The position numbers were made by a program, and so were the translations under genes. The notes under the pieces were generated by a model. The model had not been told where the DNA came from, searched no databases, and saw only the letters and a program-made list of their open reading frames with translations. Of a stretch of 64,000 nucleotides of DNA, positions 1 through 9,996 are shown one piece after another. The stretch is from assembly GCA_965601925.1 (NCBI GenBank), contig OZ271854.1:3680001-3744000 (forward strand), read 5' to 3'. This stretch comes from Alkalispirochaeta sp. Lineage in GTDB: Bacteria; Spirochaetota; Spirochaetia; DSM-27196; Alkalispirochaetaceae. Numbering within the stretch: the first letter of the stretch is position 1; each line of letters opens with the position of its first letter.

Positions 1-1
1 C

Positions 2-46
2 TCGACACGTACGGGAAAGCGAGTCGTACTCGAAATTCTCGACTGA
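2..46 (+). CDS. khpA: 3' end of KH-domain RNA-binding protein (partial)
   Basis: Reads STRTGKRVVLEILD*, a typical KhpA C-terminus, directly upstream of rimM-trmD-rplS. Confidence 0.75.
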   Translation, partial: STRTGKRVVLEILD

Positions 47-62
47 CGACGAGTGTACGAGG

Positions 63-572
63 ATGGATACGCTGACGATCGGCGTCTTGGGGAAACCGCG
101 AGGCGTCCACGGGGATATGCGAGTCCGATCGTACTCCGGAGAGGTTGAGCACTTTCGTGCGCTTGAGGATGTCGTTCTGGTGCGGGGCGATACGAGTCGG
201 CGGGCGCGGGTGAAGGACGTTCGAGTCGTACAGGGACTACCCGTGATTCGCTTTGAGGGTGTGGAGACACCGGAGGCCGCGCGAAGCCTGGTGGGGTGGG
301 AGATTTCCGTCCCCCGGGAGTGTGCCGCGCCATTGGGTCCCGACGAGTACTACTGGAACGACCTTGTCGGGTGTCGTGTGACCGTCGACGGTATCGAGCG
401 CGGGCGAGTCATCGCCGTTGTGGAGGGAACGCAGGCGCCCCTTTTGGAGGTCGCCCCATCGAGCGAAACGCCGTCGTCGACGGTGCTCGTTCCGTTCATG
501 AGTCCCTTTGTCGGCGCGGTCGATATCGAGGGCGCCACCGTCGCCGTGGAACGATCGTGGATATTGGAGTGA
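63..572 (+). CDS. rimM: 16S rRNA processing protein RimM
   Basis: IGVLGKPRGVHG and DEYYWNDLVG motifs; operon context. Confidence 0.95.
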   Translation: MDTLTIGVLGKPRGVHGDMRVRSYSGEVEHFRALEDVVLVRGDTSRRARVKDVRVVQGLPVIRFEGVETPEAARSLVGWEISVPRECAAPLGPDEYYWNDLVGCRVTVDGIERGRVIAVVEGTQAPLLEVAPSSETPSSTVLVPFMSPFVGAVDIEGATVAVERSWILE

Positions 573-1291
573 GGATCAGCGTTCTTACGCTCTTCCCGGA
601 GATCGTAGAGCGCTACTTTGCGACGTCGATCCTCGGCAAGGCGGTACAGCGTGGGGCAATCGTCCCGAACGTCGTCGACGTGCGTGACTTTGCAGCCGAT
701 CGTCATCGTACGTGCGACGACGCGCCGTACGGCGGCGGTGCAGGGATGGTGTTGTTGCCCGAGCCGCTGTCCCGCGCGTTGGATTCTGTTGACGCACGGC
801 GCCGCCACGTGATATTTCCAAGTCCTTCCGGGAGACGGTTTGACCAGGCGGAGGCCGAACGGTTGTCTCGGATCGACGATTTCGTGTTGATATGCGGTCG
901 ATACGAAGGAATCGATCAACGTATCATCGACGAGTACGTCGATGAAGAGCTGTCGATCGGCGACTACGTGTTATCGTCCGGAGAGCTGGCTTCAATGGTC
1001 GTCGTGGATGCGGTGTATCGCCTTCGAGACGGGATTATTCGTGCCGAGAGCGTGAAAGAGGAGAGCTTTCAAGACGGCCTTCTCGAGTACCCGCACTACA
1101 CACGACCTGAAGAGTTTAGAGGGCGCAGAGTTCCCGATGTGCTGTTGTCGGGACATCACGAACGGATCGCTCGGTGGCGTCGCGAGAAGCAGCTGGTAAA
1201 GACGGCTCGCAATCGCCCCGATCTGCTCGAGAAGATCGAGCTCACATCGCAAGAGAAACAGACGATCGAGGAATTGTCAAAAGAGGAGTAG
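569..1291 (+). CDS. trmD: tRNA (guanine-N1)-methyltransferase
   Basis: [46 protein letters not shown] start overlaps the rimM stop. Confidence 0.97.
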   Translation: MRISVLTLFPEIVERYFATSILGKAVQRGAIVPNVVDVRDFAADRHRTCDDAPYGGGAGMVLLPEPLSRALDSVDARRRHVIFPSPSGRRFDQAEAERLSRIDDFVLICGRYEGIDQRIIDEYVDEELSIGDYVLSSGELASMVVVDAVYRLRDGIIRAESVKEESFQDGLLEYPHYTRPEEFRGRRVPDVLLSGHHERIARWRREKQLVKTARNRPDLLEKIELTSQEKQTIEELSKEE

Positions 1292-1295
1292 AGAT

Positions 1296-1652
1296 ATGGA
1301 TGCAATTAAGGCGCTTGAAGCTCGCCAGATGAAAGAAAACGCCGAAGAGTTCCGCATCGGCGACACCGTAAAGGTGCATTTTCGTATCGTCGAGGGGCGT
1401 ACCGAGCGCACTCAGATATACGAAGGGTTGGTTATCGCAAAGAAAAACTCCGGTTTGCGCCGAACGGTCACGGTGCGAAAGATGAGCTACGGAGTTGGCG
1501 TGGAGCGCGTATTTCCGGTCCACAGCCCGCGCGTACAAAAGATCGAGGTCACTCGACGGGGGCGCGTCCGCCGCGCGAAACTCTACTATATTCGCAATCG
1601 GGTCGGTAAGGCCGCCAAGGTCGCCGAGCTGATCCGCAAAAAGGGCTCGTAA
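1296..1652 (+). CDS. rplS: 50S ribosomal protein L19
   Basis: [26 protein letters not shown]. Confidence 0.98.
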   Translation: MDAIKALEARQMKENAEEFRIGDTVKVHFRIVEGRTERTQIYEGLVIAKKNSGLRRTVTVRKMSYGVGVERVFPVHSPRVQKIEVTRRGRVRRAKLYYIRNRVGKAAKVAELIRKKGS

Positions 1653-1665
1653 ACCCGCGTTCACC

Positions 1666-2787
1666 GTGCACGCACCCGGGGCGTCCGATTCTGGGATTCT
1701 CGCTCGTTTCGTCGGTGGAAGCGGTGGAAAACACCTCCTACGCCCCGGTGCTTCACTCGCATTTCGCGTGGAGTCTCTCGGTGACGAAACGGCGGTGCTG
1801 GTCCATCGGAGCGGCCTCCGTATCGCCGTGTCGTCGGTTTCCGGCGTTACGGTCGGAAAGACAGTTCACGGCACCGTTCTCGCGACTACGCCGTCACTGC
1901 GATTCAAGCTGGGTTTCCCGAATACGGCGGATGCAGGCTCCTCACGCTCAGCGGCGGCCGTCCCCGAGGACGCTGTAGCGCCCGACGGTAGAACGTTGAT
2001 CGATCGCTTTCTCGACGCACACCGGCTCTCCGGCGTTCCGGGAGTGCGCGAGCTCGCCCGCGCTATCATCGCCTCCCATCGCCATCTCGCCCCCGGATCG
2101 ATGCATCACTTGACCGCCCTGTTCGCGTTGCTGACGAGTCGGACCCACGGCGAACCGCAACGTCCCGAGCGCCGCGCGAGATTGGCCCGCGCGGCGGTTG
2201 AGCTTCACGATCGGTCCATCGAGGTATCCGATCCGGCGACGCCGTCGGAAATCGATCTCATAGGGTGGCTTGTCGACGGATCGGGGCGGGGTCGCGGCCG
2301 GAGCCGGGGAGATGGGCAACGTCGCGAGTCTCGGTCTCCCGGCGCTGTGCACGACCTATCGGCATACCTGAGTCGCGCCACCGATACGCCCGACCATCCG
2401 CTGCAGCTGTTTAACGCCTTAGCGACCACCGGCGATCACCACTGGGTCGTTATTCCCATCGGGGCGACATCGGGGAGTGAAACCTCCGAGGCGCGCGTCG
2501 AGGGAACGCTCAAGCTCGCCGTCTCCCGGACCAGCGGTGCGGTCGAAGGGGCGCTGTTGACGGTAGCGCGAGGGGGCGGACAGTGGCGTTTCTCCTGGCG
2601 TCCGGATCGCGGACAGTTTACGCTCAGCCGGGCGACCGGCGACGACGGAGCCCCGCCGATCCCCGAGGCGCTACTTGCCCGACTCGGCGTTACACGCCAT
2701 ACTGATCGCGTCGCGCAAGATGGCGACGACGGATTCACCATCGGTACGATCGAGGACGGCCACGTGGGAGTCGATCAATATGGATAG
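1666..2787 (+). CDS. Hypothetical protein (possibly FliK-like)
   Basis: Long ORF in the operon, overlapping the downstream FlhB-like gene. Confidence 0.6.
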   Translation: MHAPGASDSGILARFVGGSGGKHLLRPGASLAFRVESLGDETAVLVHRSGLRIAVSSVSGVTVGKTVHGTVLATTPSLRFKLGFPNTADAGSSRSAAAVPEDAVAPDGRTLIDRFLDAHRLSGVPGVRELARAIIASHRHLAPGSMHHLTALFALLTSRTHGEPQRPERRARLARAAVELHDRSIEVSDPATPSEIDLIGWLVDGSGRGRGRSRGDGQRRESRSPGAVHDLSAYLSRATDTPDHPLQLFNALATTGDHHWVVIPIGATSGSETSEARVEGTLKLAVSRTSGAVEGALLTVARGGGQWRFSWRPDRGQFTLSRATGDDGAPPIPEALLARLGVTRHTDRVAQDGDDGFTIGTIEDGHVGVDQYG

Positions 2788-3046
2788 GGATGCAGCGGCG
2801 GCTGTCCGCTACGACGCAACGCTTCCCGCACCATTTGTCGTAGCCACCGGTCGTGGGGAGGCGGCCCGTAGACTGGTTCGATTGGCACAGGAATACGGTG
2901 TCCCCGTGCAAAACGCTCCTGAACTGGCAGACCGGCTCGTCGAGTTGGAGTACGGTTCGCTGATCCCCGAGGAGCTTTTTGTCCCGGTAGCGCACGTGTT
3001 GGCGTTCGTGCTCGGGCTCGATGAGGATTCGGGACGCAAAAAGTAG
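2780..3046 (+). CDS. FlhB/EscU-like cytoplasmic-domain protein
   Basis: AAAVRYD..APFVVATGRG..A...IPEELF motif pattern. Confidence 0.85.
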   Translation: MDRDAAAAVRYDATLPAPFVVATGRGEAARRLVRLAQEYGVPVQNAPELADRLVELEYGSLIPEELFVPVAHVLAFVLGLDEDSGRKK

Positions 3047-3047
3047 T

Positions 3048-4193
3048 ATGAAAAAGATCTTGGTCAATCAGCTGGTAGCGGGGCAGCGTTACTCTCAGCC
3101 TGTCTACGTCGACGGGGACAATCTCTTCGTTCCCGAGGGCCTTGCCGTCAAAGAACGCGATATCGAGCGCCTCCGGAAGTGGGGAATCGAGGTGGTCTAT
3201 ACCGAGGGCGATCCGATTTCCGACGATCCTCAAGAGGCTTTTAACGCCTTTTTTTTGAAGGCCTTCAGTAGCCCGGCCCAGAAGGTGATCACGCGCGAGT
3301 ACGGCGCCCTCAAGAAGGAACTTCTGGCACTGTTCGGCCTGATTCGTACCAAGAAGCACCTTGACCAAGAGACGATTAATGCGCTCATAGATCGCCTGCT
3401 CAAGATGTTGGATTCGAACGCCAACGACGTCATTCAGTACATGCTCTACGGAATGCAGGGTGAGACGGGCGACGCGGAGAACGCGCTCAACGCAGCGATC
3501 CTGGCGGCGTTGGTCGGCCAAAAGATGCAGATTGCACGCCACAAAATCCTGGCGTTGGTAACCGCCGCCCTACTACACGACGTCGGTATGCTCAGAATCA
3601 GCCCCGAAATCGTGAACAAAAAGGGTAAACTCACCCCCGAGGAGCTGAGGCAAATAAAAACGCACCCGATCCACTCCTATCGCATTCTTACACGCGAGCT
3701 TTCCTACGGCGAGGATGTCGGCGTGGCGGCGCTGCAACACCAGGAACGGTGGGACGGACAGGGATACCCACGGCGTCTGGCAAAGGAGGCGATCGGGCTG
3801 GATGCCCGCGTCATCGCCGTTGCCGATTCGTTCATCGCGATGGTATCCAACAAGCCGTATCGCAGCTCGATGATCGGCTACACGGCGATGAGAAATCTCC
3901 TGAGCGATAACGGGACTCGATTCGACCCCGAAGTACTCAAAATCTTTATTCAAGTTATCGGAATCTATCCAATCGGCAGTATCGTTCTATTGAGTGACAG
4001 TAGTGTATGCCGGGTACTGGAAAATCGAAGCGTTGCGCCGCTCAAACCGCGCGTCAAGGTGATAATCGATAGTGACGGGCACGAGTTTATCGACGATAAC
4101 GGGCCCGAAATCGATCTCGCGGAGACCAAACAGTTGTTTATCGCCAAAGCGGTCGACGCGAACTCGCTCGCCGAGCAGCATCGCAGCGTCTAA
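3048..4193 (+). CDS. HD-GYP cyclic-di-GMP phosphodiesterase family protein
   Basis: LLHDVG, QHQERWDGQGYP, AVADSF. Confidence 0.92.
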   Translation: MKKILVNQLVAGQRYSQPVYVDGDNLFVPEGLAVKERDIERLRKWGIEVVYTEGDPISDDPQEAFNAFFLKAFSSPAQKVITREYGALKKELLALFGLIRTKKHLDQETINALIDRLLKMLDSNANDVIQYMLYGMQGETGDAENALNAAILAALVGQKMQIARHKILALVTAALLHDVGMLRISPEIVNKKGKLTPEELRQIKTHPIHSYRILTRELSYGEDVGVAALQHQERWDGQGYPRRLAKEAIGLDARVIAVADSFIAMVSNKPYRSSMIGYTAMRNLLSDNGTRFDPEVLKIFIQVIGIYPIGSIVLLSDSSVCRVLENRSVAPLKPRVKVIIDSDGHEFIDDNGPEIDLAETKQLFIAKAVDANSLAEQHRSV

Positions 4194-4259
4194 CGATCCG
4201 CGCGCGGCATCGCCGACTTTATCGCAGACGTCTCACGCCATATTTACCGCACAGTCTCC

Positions 4260-4625
4260 ATGAGCTCTTACACCGCCGGGCGTCTGGGAGAGGAACGCGC
4301 ACGCGCCTTTCTCGAGGAAAAAGGCTGGATCATCGCCGCCCAAAACTTTAGAACCCGGTGGGGAGAGGTCGATATTGTATGTGAGGCCGGCCGTCACTTG
4401 CTCTTCGTCGAGGTAAAGAGCTGGCGACGTTTCGACGCCGACAGCCTCATCCGAGCGCTGGGAACGCCCAAACAGCGGCGAATCATCGCGGCGGCTCGAA
4501 CATTCTTGATGGAGCATCCGGACCTCTCGGACCGGGTGGTGCGGTTTGATGTCGTGCTCGTCGATCCGCGCGGGGGCCCCATACGCCACATCGAGGGAGC
4601 ATTTGATTCGGAATGGCCAGGGTAG
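4260..4625 (+). CDS. YraN family endonuclease-like protein
   Basis: GRLGEE, NFRTRWGEVDIV, LFVEVK, RFDV. Confidence 0.92.
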   Translation: MSSYTAGRLGEERARAFLEEKGWIIAAQNFRTRWGEVDIVCEAGRHLLFVEVKSWRRFDADSLIRALGTPKQRRIIAAARTFLMEHPDLSDRVVRFDVVLVDPRGGPIRHIEGAFDSEWPG

Positions 4626-4831
4626 GAAGAGCGATCGATACAGGTAAAATTCTCCGTCTCAAACAGCAGATCGAGGACCCCACGTATGTTGAGGGCGCCG
4701 TGGATCGTCTTGCGGGGCGAATTACCGAGCGCCTTTTGGGGCTCGACGGCGTGCAGCCTTCGATATTCGGTCAACGGTCGGCAAGCTCTTCCAGGAGAGA
4801 CATCGCCTCGCTCCTCGACGATGAGGAGTAG
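4613..4831 (+). CDS. Small protein resembling the FlgM C-terminus
   Basis: KILRLKQQIEDPTYVEGAVDRLA resembles the FlgM sigma28-binding segment. Confidence 0.45.
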   Translation: MARVGRAIDTGKILRLKQQIEDPTYVEGAVDRLAGRITERLLGLDGVQPSIFGQRSASSSRRDIASLLDDEE

Positions 4832-5541
4832 GGGCCCGAGGCGATCGTGATGAGCGCATCGAGGAGGGGCGGATACTCGGGGCTCCACGCGTTGCGACTG
4901 ATCACGCGCGCCGCCGCGACCAGACGCCTGATTTCCCCGTCGTTTTGCCCGCGCCTCGCCGCCGACCCCAACGCCTCGGCTACGGCCTGTAGATCACCGT
5001 CCGGATCTTCCCCCGGCACCGCTGCCAGAAGCTGCGCCGCCGAGACCCGCACCGCCGAGTCGATATCGGTCCGAAGGGTGGCACGCAATTGGCCCCGCGC
5101 CTCATTGCCGCCGATGTCCGCGAGAAGTATCAGGGCGTCGATCCGAGTCGCCGAGTCGACGCGATAATCCACCGGCGTCTCAAGAATGCGGTACTCCATA
5201 TCCAGAAGTTCGATGACAAGCGGTACGGTGGCTATTCGCATCTGGGCACGGCCGTAGCGCTCGATGTCGCCTCTGATCGACCGTAACGCATCGCGCTGAA
5301 TCTCGGGGAAGCGACTCTGAAGGCGCACCCGCGTCTCTACCGCCCGACGTTCTACTTCCGACGAGACCGATCCGACGGGTATCCAATCGGGCCGATCCGC
5401 CGATGGTATGCGGTCGTCGGACGCCGCCTCTCCGTTCGGAACTTGCGGGTGGATCGAAGTCGGAGTATAGAACACTATCGCAATGAAGAGCGACGCGGCG
5501 ATTCGCACGAGCGGCCGAGCGACCGAAAAGGAACGGGTCAC
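4771..5541 (-). CDS. Exported HEAT-repeat-like protein
   Basis: Hydrophobic N-terminus after a GTG at 5541, then helical repeats (VRVSAAQLL); the longer ORF upstream is antisense to coaD. Confidence 0.65.
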   Translation of the reverse strand: MTRSFSVARPLVRIAASLFIAIVFYTPTSIHPQVPNGEAASDDRIPSADRPDWIPVGSVSSEVERRAVETRVRLQSRFPEIQRDALRSIRGDIERYGRAQMRIATVPLVIELLDMEYRILETPVDYRVDSATRIDALILLADIGGNEARGQLRATLRTDIDSAVRVSAAQLLAAVPGEDPDGDLQAVAEALGSAARRGQNDGEIRRLVAAARVISRNAWSPEYPPLLDALITIASGPYSSSSRSEAMSLLEELADR

Positions 5542-5604
5542 ACAGAGAGAGTGATCGCTTGGGTATCCCTTGTCAACGACCGTGAGCGCCGATACTATGT
5601 GCCC

Positions 5605-6105
5605 ATGCTGCGCGTCCTTATGCCCGGCTCCTTCGATCCGCCGACCAACGGACACTTGAACTTGATAGAACGAGCGGTCCGTATTTACGATGAAATAGAG
5701 GTCGTCGTCGCCCAGAATAGCCAGAAACGATATACTTTCTCCGCCGATGAACGGGTGGAGATGATGGAATCCCTTACCGCCCAATGGGAGTCGGTGCACG
5801 TCCACGTCTGGGATCGCATGATCGTAGAGTTTGCCCGGAAGATCGGAGCGCGCGTCATGATTCGAGGTGTGCGCGCGCTTTCGGATTTCTCCTATGAGTT
5901 TGAACTCTCGATGCTTAACAAAGGACTCGATCCGGAAATCGAGACGATCTTCGTACCGACCGACGCGCAGTACTTCGTGCTGCGCTCCTCGGCGATTAAG
6001 GAACTCGTACGTCTCGGCGGCGACGTGAGCGCGATGGTGCCGCCCTTGGTAGAGGAACGTTTGCGCGACCGTATAACTCGTTCGTCGGTCGTCGACCGAG
6101 GTTGA
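5605..6105 (+). CDS. coaD: Pantetheine-phosphate adenylyltransferase
   Basis: PGSFDPPTNGHL, IRGVRALSDFSYE, SSAIKE. Confidence 0.97.
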   Translation: MLRVLMPGSFDPPTNGHLNLIERAVRIYDEIEVVVAQNSQKRYTFSADERVEMMESLTAQWESVHVHVWDRMIVEFARKIGARVMIRGVRALSDFSYEFELSMLNKGLDPEIETIFVPTDAQYFVLRSSAIKELVRLGGDVSAMVPPLVEERLRDRITRSSVVDRG

Positions 6106-6130
6106 CAAAGGCGATACGCGTCGCTATTAT
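6102..6130 (+). promoter_or_regulatory. Sigma70-type promoter for rpmF-acpP-rnc
   Basis: TTGACA-17bp-TATTAT. Confidence 0.7.
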
Positions 6131-6163
6131 CGCATGATTCGTAGGAATAATTGGAAGGAAGCA

Positions 6164-6352
6164 ATGGCAGTACCAAAGGGAAAACATTCGAAATCACGAA
6201 CGCGGCGTCGCCGCAAGATAAATGCAAAACTTGGGGTGCCGACGCTGGTAACCTCGCCGGAGTCCGGCGAACTGGTGCGGCGCCATCGTGTGGATCTCTC
6301 TTCCGGCTTCTATCGCGGCAAACGCGTGATCGATACGGAAGACTTGAGTTAG
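6164..6352 (+). CDS. rpmF: 50S ribosomal protein L32 (Cys-free form)
   Basis: MAVPKGKHSKSR...HRV...GFYRG. Confidence 0.95.
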   Translation: MAVPKGKHSKSRTRRRRKINAKLGVPTLVTSPESGELVRRHRVDLSSGFYRGKRVIDTEDLS

Positions 6353-6370
6353 CACAGGAGGAAGACTGTT

Positions 6371-6607
6371 ATGGACGAGCTGTTCGAGAAGATGAAGAAA
6401 CTGATCGCGGAGAAGTTGGAGATCGACGAGGAAAAGATCACCGCGGAATCCTCCTTTCGCCAGGATTTGGGCGCGGATAGCCTCGATACGTACGAACTGG
6501 TCTACGCCATCGAAGAAGAGATGGGTATCGCGATTCCCGACGAGAAGGCCAACGAATTCGAAACAGTAGGGGACGCCCTCGACTTCCTCAAAAGCCAGCA
6601 GAAATAA
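6371..6607 (+). CDS. acpP: Acyl carrier protein
   Basis: DLGADSLD phosphopantetheine motif. Confidence 0.97.
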   Translation: MDELFEKMKKLIAEKLEIDEEKITAESSFRQDLGADSLDTYELVYAIEEEMGIAIPDEKANEFETVGDALDFLKSQQK

Positions 6608-6661
6608 TGCAGCGCGGTGCTCGGAGACCCGAAGCGAGTTCCGAGCACCCGCACGCCTTTC

Positions 6662-7465
6662 ATGTCTTTTTTGCGCACCCCACCACGCGGCAACATCGTA
6701 ACGAACGAACGAAAAAAAGAGCTACACCTGTTTGAGGGGTATACGGGCCTCCGATTTCGCAAGCTCGAGCTCTTGAATCAAGCGTTTTCTCACCGTTCAT
6801 ACGCCAACGAGGTCGGAGCCGACGTACACAACAACGAGCGGCTCGAGTTCTTGGGAGACTCGGTACTGGGATTGGTCGTCGCCGAACACCTGTACCGCGA
6901 ACTGTCCGACCGCCCAGAGGGGGATCTGGCGCGCATCAAGAGCTTCGTTGTAAGTGAGGATAGTTTGGCCGAGATTGCACGTCACATCCGCGTCGATAAC
7001 TTCATCCTCATCGGAAAGGGCGAAGAGCATTCAGGAGGACGCAGTAAGAAAGCGATCTTGGCAGACGCTATGGAGGCGATTATCGGCGCTTACTTCCTCG
7101 ATTCCGGTTTCAAGGCGGCACGAAAGTTCGTGCTCAAGCTCCTCGTCCCGGAAATTCGCAAAGTACTTGAAGATCGCCACCGCAAGGACTACAAGACGCT
7201 TCTGCAGGAGTTGGTACAGAAGCGTTTTAAGAGCTACCCTCGTTACACTCTAAAAAGCAAAACCGGCCCCGACCACGACAAAACCTTTTGGATGGAGGTC
7301 GACGTAGCCGGAACGCTCTACGGGCCCGGAAAGGGCAAAAACAAAAAAGAGGCCGAGCAGGCCGCCGCCCGTCTCGCCTGGCAGAAGATCTCCGGAGAAC
7401 CCACCGATACCGCGCCGTCTGCAGACCCCGAGCCGGCCTCCTCGAAGAGGAGAAAGAGGCGGTAA
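6662..7465 (+). CDS. rnc: Ribonuclease III
   Basis: NERLEFLGDSVL, ADAMEAIIGA, dsRBD (KTLLQE...KKEAEQAAA); start uncertain. Confidence 0.96.
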   Translation: MSFLRTPPRGNIVTNERKKELHLFEGYTGLRFRKLELLNQAFSHRSYANEVGADVHNNERLEFLGDSVLGLVVAEHLYRELSDRPEGDLARIKSFVVSEDSLAEIARHIRVDNFILIGKGEEHSGGRSKKAILADAMEAIIGAYFLDSGFKAARKFVLKLLVPEIRKVLEDRHRKDYKTLLQELVQKRFKSYPRYTLKSKTGPDHDKTFWMEVDVAGTLYGPGKGKNKKEAEQAAARLAWQKISGEPTDTAPSADPEPASSKRRKRR

Positions 7466-7479
7466 CCCGTCTCCTCAAA

Positions 7480-8838
7480 TCACTCCCCGTTTTTGAGCCG
7501 TTGCCGATAGAACCGAGTCGCGATCTCAAGGAGGGTAGGGCGTGTATTGAGGCTCGGGTCGTCGATGACGGTCTGAAGAAGCTCTCTCAGTATCACGCCG
7601 ATGGACGGCCCCGCGCGAAGCGACAACTCCGACATGAGATCACGCCCGTTTATCGCCAAATCCTTCGTCGTGACCGCCGGGCGCGCTTCTAAAAGTCCTT
7701 CGAGACGACGCTCGAGGCGTGAGAGGTCCTCATACGATACCGGAGAGTCTACAACCTTTCCGCAGCGGTCCGCGCGACGAAGCGCGACAAGCGGTAAGGC
7801 GTACTCGGTGCCGACGCGAGCGAGAAAGCGACGTAGCGCCGCCTCGGAGGACTCGTGGTCGACGCCGAACATGTGATGGGCGATGAGGTGCGTCACTCGC
7901 TTGATGAGGTCGTTGGATGAACGCAGGCGCGTGAGTATATCGCGCGCCATCTCGGCCGACATGGTGTCATGTCCGTGAAAGTGGATGCCGCGCTCATCCC
8001 GGTCGAGACAGCGCGGCTTTGCCACATCGTGTAACAGCGCCGCCCAGCGAAGCACCGCATTTGATGCCGGAACGCAGTCACAGCTGGCGAGAAGATGGTC
8101 GAATACGGGGACGATCTCTCCGGTGTGAGGCGAGGGAGCCCGGTCTTCCAGAAGCTCCGGTATGAGGTGCTCCAAAAGACCGGTATCGCGCATAAGGCGC
8201 CAACCGACCGACGGGAGGCGCGATTCCATTATCTTCGAGAGCTCCTGAAGCACCCGTTCCATCGAGACGGCACCGATATCGCCCGCGCGACCGACGATGG
8301 CGTCGCGGGTCTCGTCGTCCATCTCGAACTCGAGAGACGCAGTCAGACGAACTGCGCGTAACATCCGTAACGCGTCCTCGGTAAATCGAGCTTCGGCGAC
8401 TCCCACGGTTCGAATGATGCGGCGGCGGAGATCGCCCCGCCCGTCGTGCGGATCGGTGATGACGCCGGTCATCGGATCCAGCGCGATCGCATTGATGGTA
8501 AGGTCGCGGCGCTTCAGGTCTTCGGCGAGTGTCCGGGTGAAGGTAACGCTGTCGGGTCGGCGGTGGTCTTCGTACGTTCCGTCGACCCGATATGTCGTGA
8601 CCTCGAGCTGTTTCCCCTCGAATATGACCGTGACGGTACCGTGGCGAATACCGGTGGGGATGGAGCGGCGAAACAGCGTCATCACCTCCTCCGGCGTGGC
8701 CGAGGTCGCAAAATCGTAGTCGGTAACGCGTCGTCCGAGCAATGCGTCGCGCACCGCGCCGCCGACGATGTACAGCTCGAATCCGTGCTCGGTGAACACA
8801 CGCGCAAAGCGGCGAATCGTGTGGGGAACGAAAACCAT
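7480..8838 (-). CDS. cca: CCA tRNA nucleotidyltransferase (HD domain)
   Basis: VGGAVRD, DYDFAT, DLKRRDLTINA, EDALRMLRA, LLHDVAKP. Confidence 0.9.
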   Translation of the reverse strand: MVFVPHTIRRFARVFTEHGFELYIVGGAVRDALLGRRVTDYDFATSATPEEVMTLFRRSIPTGIRHGTVTVIFEGKQLEVTTYRVDGTYEDHRRPDSVTFTRTLAEDLKRRDLTINAIALDPMTGVITDPHDGRGDLRRRIIRTVGVAEARFTEDALRMLRAVRLTASLEFEMDDETRDAIVGRAGDIGAVSMERVLQELSKIMESRLPSVGWRLMRDTGLLEHLIPELLEDRAPSPHTGEIVPVFDHLLASCDCVPASNAVLRWAALLHDVAKPRCLDRDERGIHFHGHDTMSAEMARDILTRLRSSNDLIKRVTHLIAHHMFGVDHESSEAALRRFLARVGTEYALPLVALRRADRCGKVVDSPVSYEDLSRLERRLEGLLEARPAVTTKDLAINGRDLMSELSLRAGPSIGVILRELLQTVIDDPSLNTRPTLLEIATRFYRQRLKNGE

Positions 8839-8945
8839 GTAGTGCGACGGTAGCCTCAGCGGTCGGACGCTGTCAATGTTTCCTCATACGCGAAGCACTT
8901 TCGGGCGCTCCGTTGTTCTTGTGGTGCGGTGTGGGTAATGCGAAA

Positions 8946-8984
8946 TAAAAAAAGGGGCGCCCAATCTGGACGACCCCTCTTTTT
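8946..8984 (-). terminator. Rho-independent terminator after flaB (likely bidirectional)
   Basis: AAAAAAGGGG...CCCCTCTTTTT inverted repeat with A/T tails. Confidence 0.65.
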
Positions 8985-9000
8985 GTTTTGATCGGTACTG

Positions 9001-9873
9001 TTACTGCAACAGCTGCAATACCGACTGTGTGGTCTGGTTGGCCTGAGCGAGCATCGCGGTAGAGGACTGAACCAAGATCTGATTCTTGGTGTAGTCGACC
9101 ACCTCTTGGGCCATATCCACGTCGCGGATGCGCGACTCGGCGGCCTGGAGATTCTCGGCTCCGACGCTGAGACCGATACGCGCCATGTCCAGACGGTTCT
9201 GGTAGGCGCCGAGGTCCGCACGCTGCTTGCTTACGGTACGCAAGGCTGCGTCGACCACTGCAATCGACGAGTTCGCCGAGTCCGGAGTGGACAGGCTGAT
9301 GAAGCTCGCCGTGTGGGGAAGTCCGGAGGTGCTTTGGAGACCAAGACCCTGGGCGGTCATCGTACCGATGAAGATACGTTCGCGCTGGTCCATGTTGGCA
9401 CCGATGTGGAACCACATACTCGCGGTCACCACGTTGGTACCGGTTTCTCGGGCAAACCGTCCGGTCAGGAGATTCATACCGTTGAACTGAGCGTGCGAGG
9501 CGATACGGTTGATCTCGTCGACCAACTGCGATACCTCGACCTGAATCTGCATCCGATCTTCATCGGTGTAGATTCCGTTCGACGACTGAACCGCCAGCTC
9601 GCGCAGGCGTTGCAGGATATCCTGCGTCTCCTGGAGATACCCCTCCGTAGTCTGAATGAGCGAAATACCGTCGGCCGCGTTCCGCTCGGCCTGATTCAGA
9701 CCGCGGATCTGGGACCGCATTTTCTCACTCACCGCAAGACCACTTGCATCATCACCGGCACGATTGATTCGCACGCCGCTTGACAACTTCTCGATGTTCT
9801 TTTGGACATCGATGTTGTTGAACTTCTGCTCGCGTTGGGCGAACATCGCGCTCATGTTGTGATTGATGATCAT
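9001..9873 (-). CDS. flaB: Periplasmic flagellar filament core protein FlaB
   Basis: [51 protein letters not shown]. Confidence 0.97.
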   Translation of the reverse strand: MIINHNMSAMFAQREQKFNNIDVQKNIEKLSSGVRINRAGDDASGLAVSEKMRSQIRGLNQAERNAADGISLIQTTEGYLQETQDILQRLRELAVQSSNGIYTDEDRMQIQVEVSQLVDEINRIASHAQFNGMNLLTGRFARETGTNVVTASMWFHIGANMDQRERIFIGTMTAQGLGLQSTSGLPHTASFISLSTPDSANSSIAVVDAALRTVSKQRADLGAYQNRLDMARIGLSVGAENLQAAESRIRDVDMAQEVVDYTKNQILVQSSTAMLAQANQTTQSVLQLLQ

Positions 9874-9896
9874 CTCATCCTCCTTGATGGTTTTTT

Positions 9897-9949
9897 GAGG
9901 ACGTCCCTGTCCTCGGTTTGAGCATCGGCGCGTTTCGCGGCCGACTTGA
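9897..9949 (-). promoter_or_regulatory. Sigma28-type promoter plus GGA-loop leader hairpin (putative CsrA site) of flaB
   Basis: Minus strand TCAA-16bp-GCCGATGC, then hairpin GAGGAC-AGGGAC-GTCCTC. Confidence 0.7.
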
Positions 9950-9996
9950 GCGCTTCGTACTTTGACGCATGGCCTCGACAGACGTAGGATAGGGCG

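Noticed and set aside
5542..6108. N-terminal part of the 445-aa minus-strand ORF
   Set aside because: Antisense shadow of coaD
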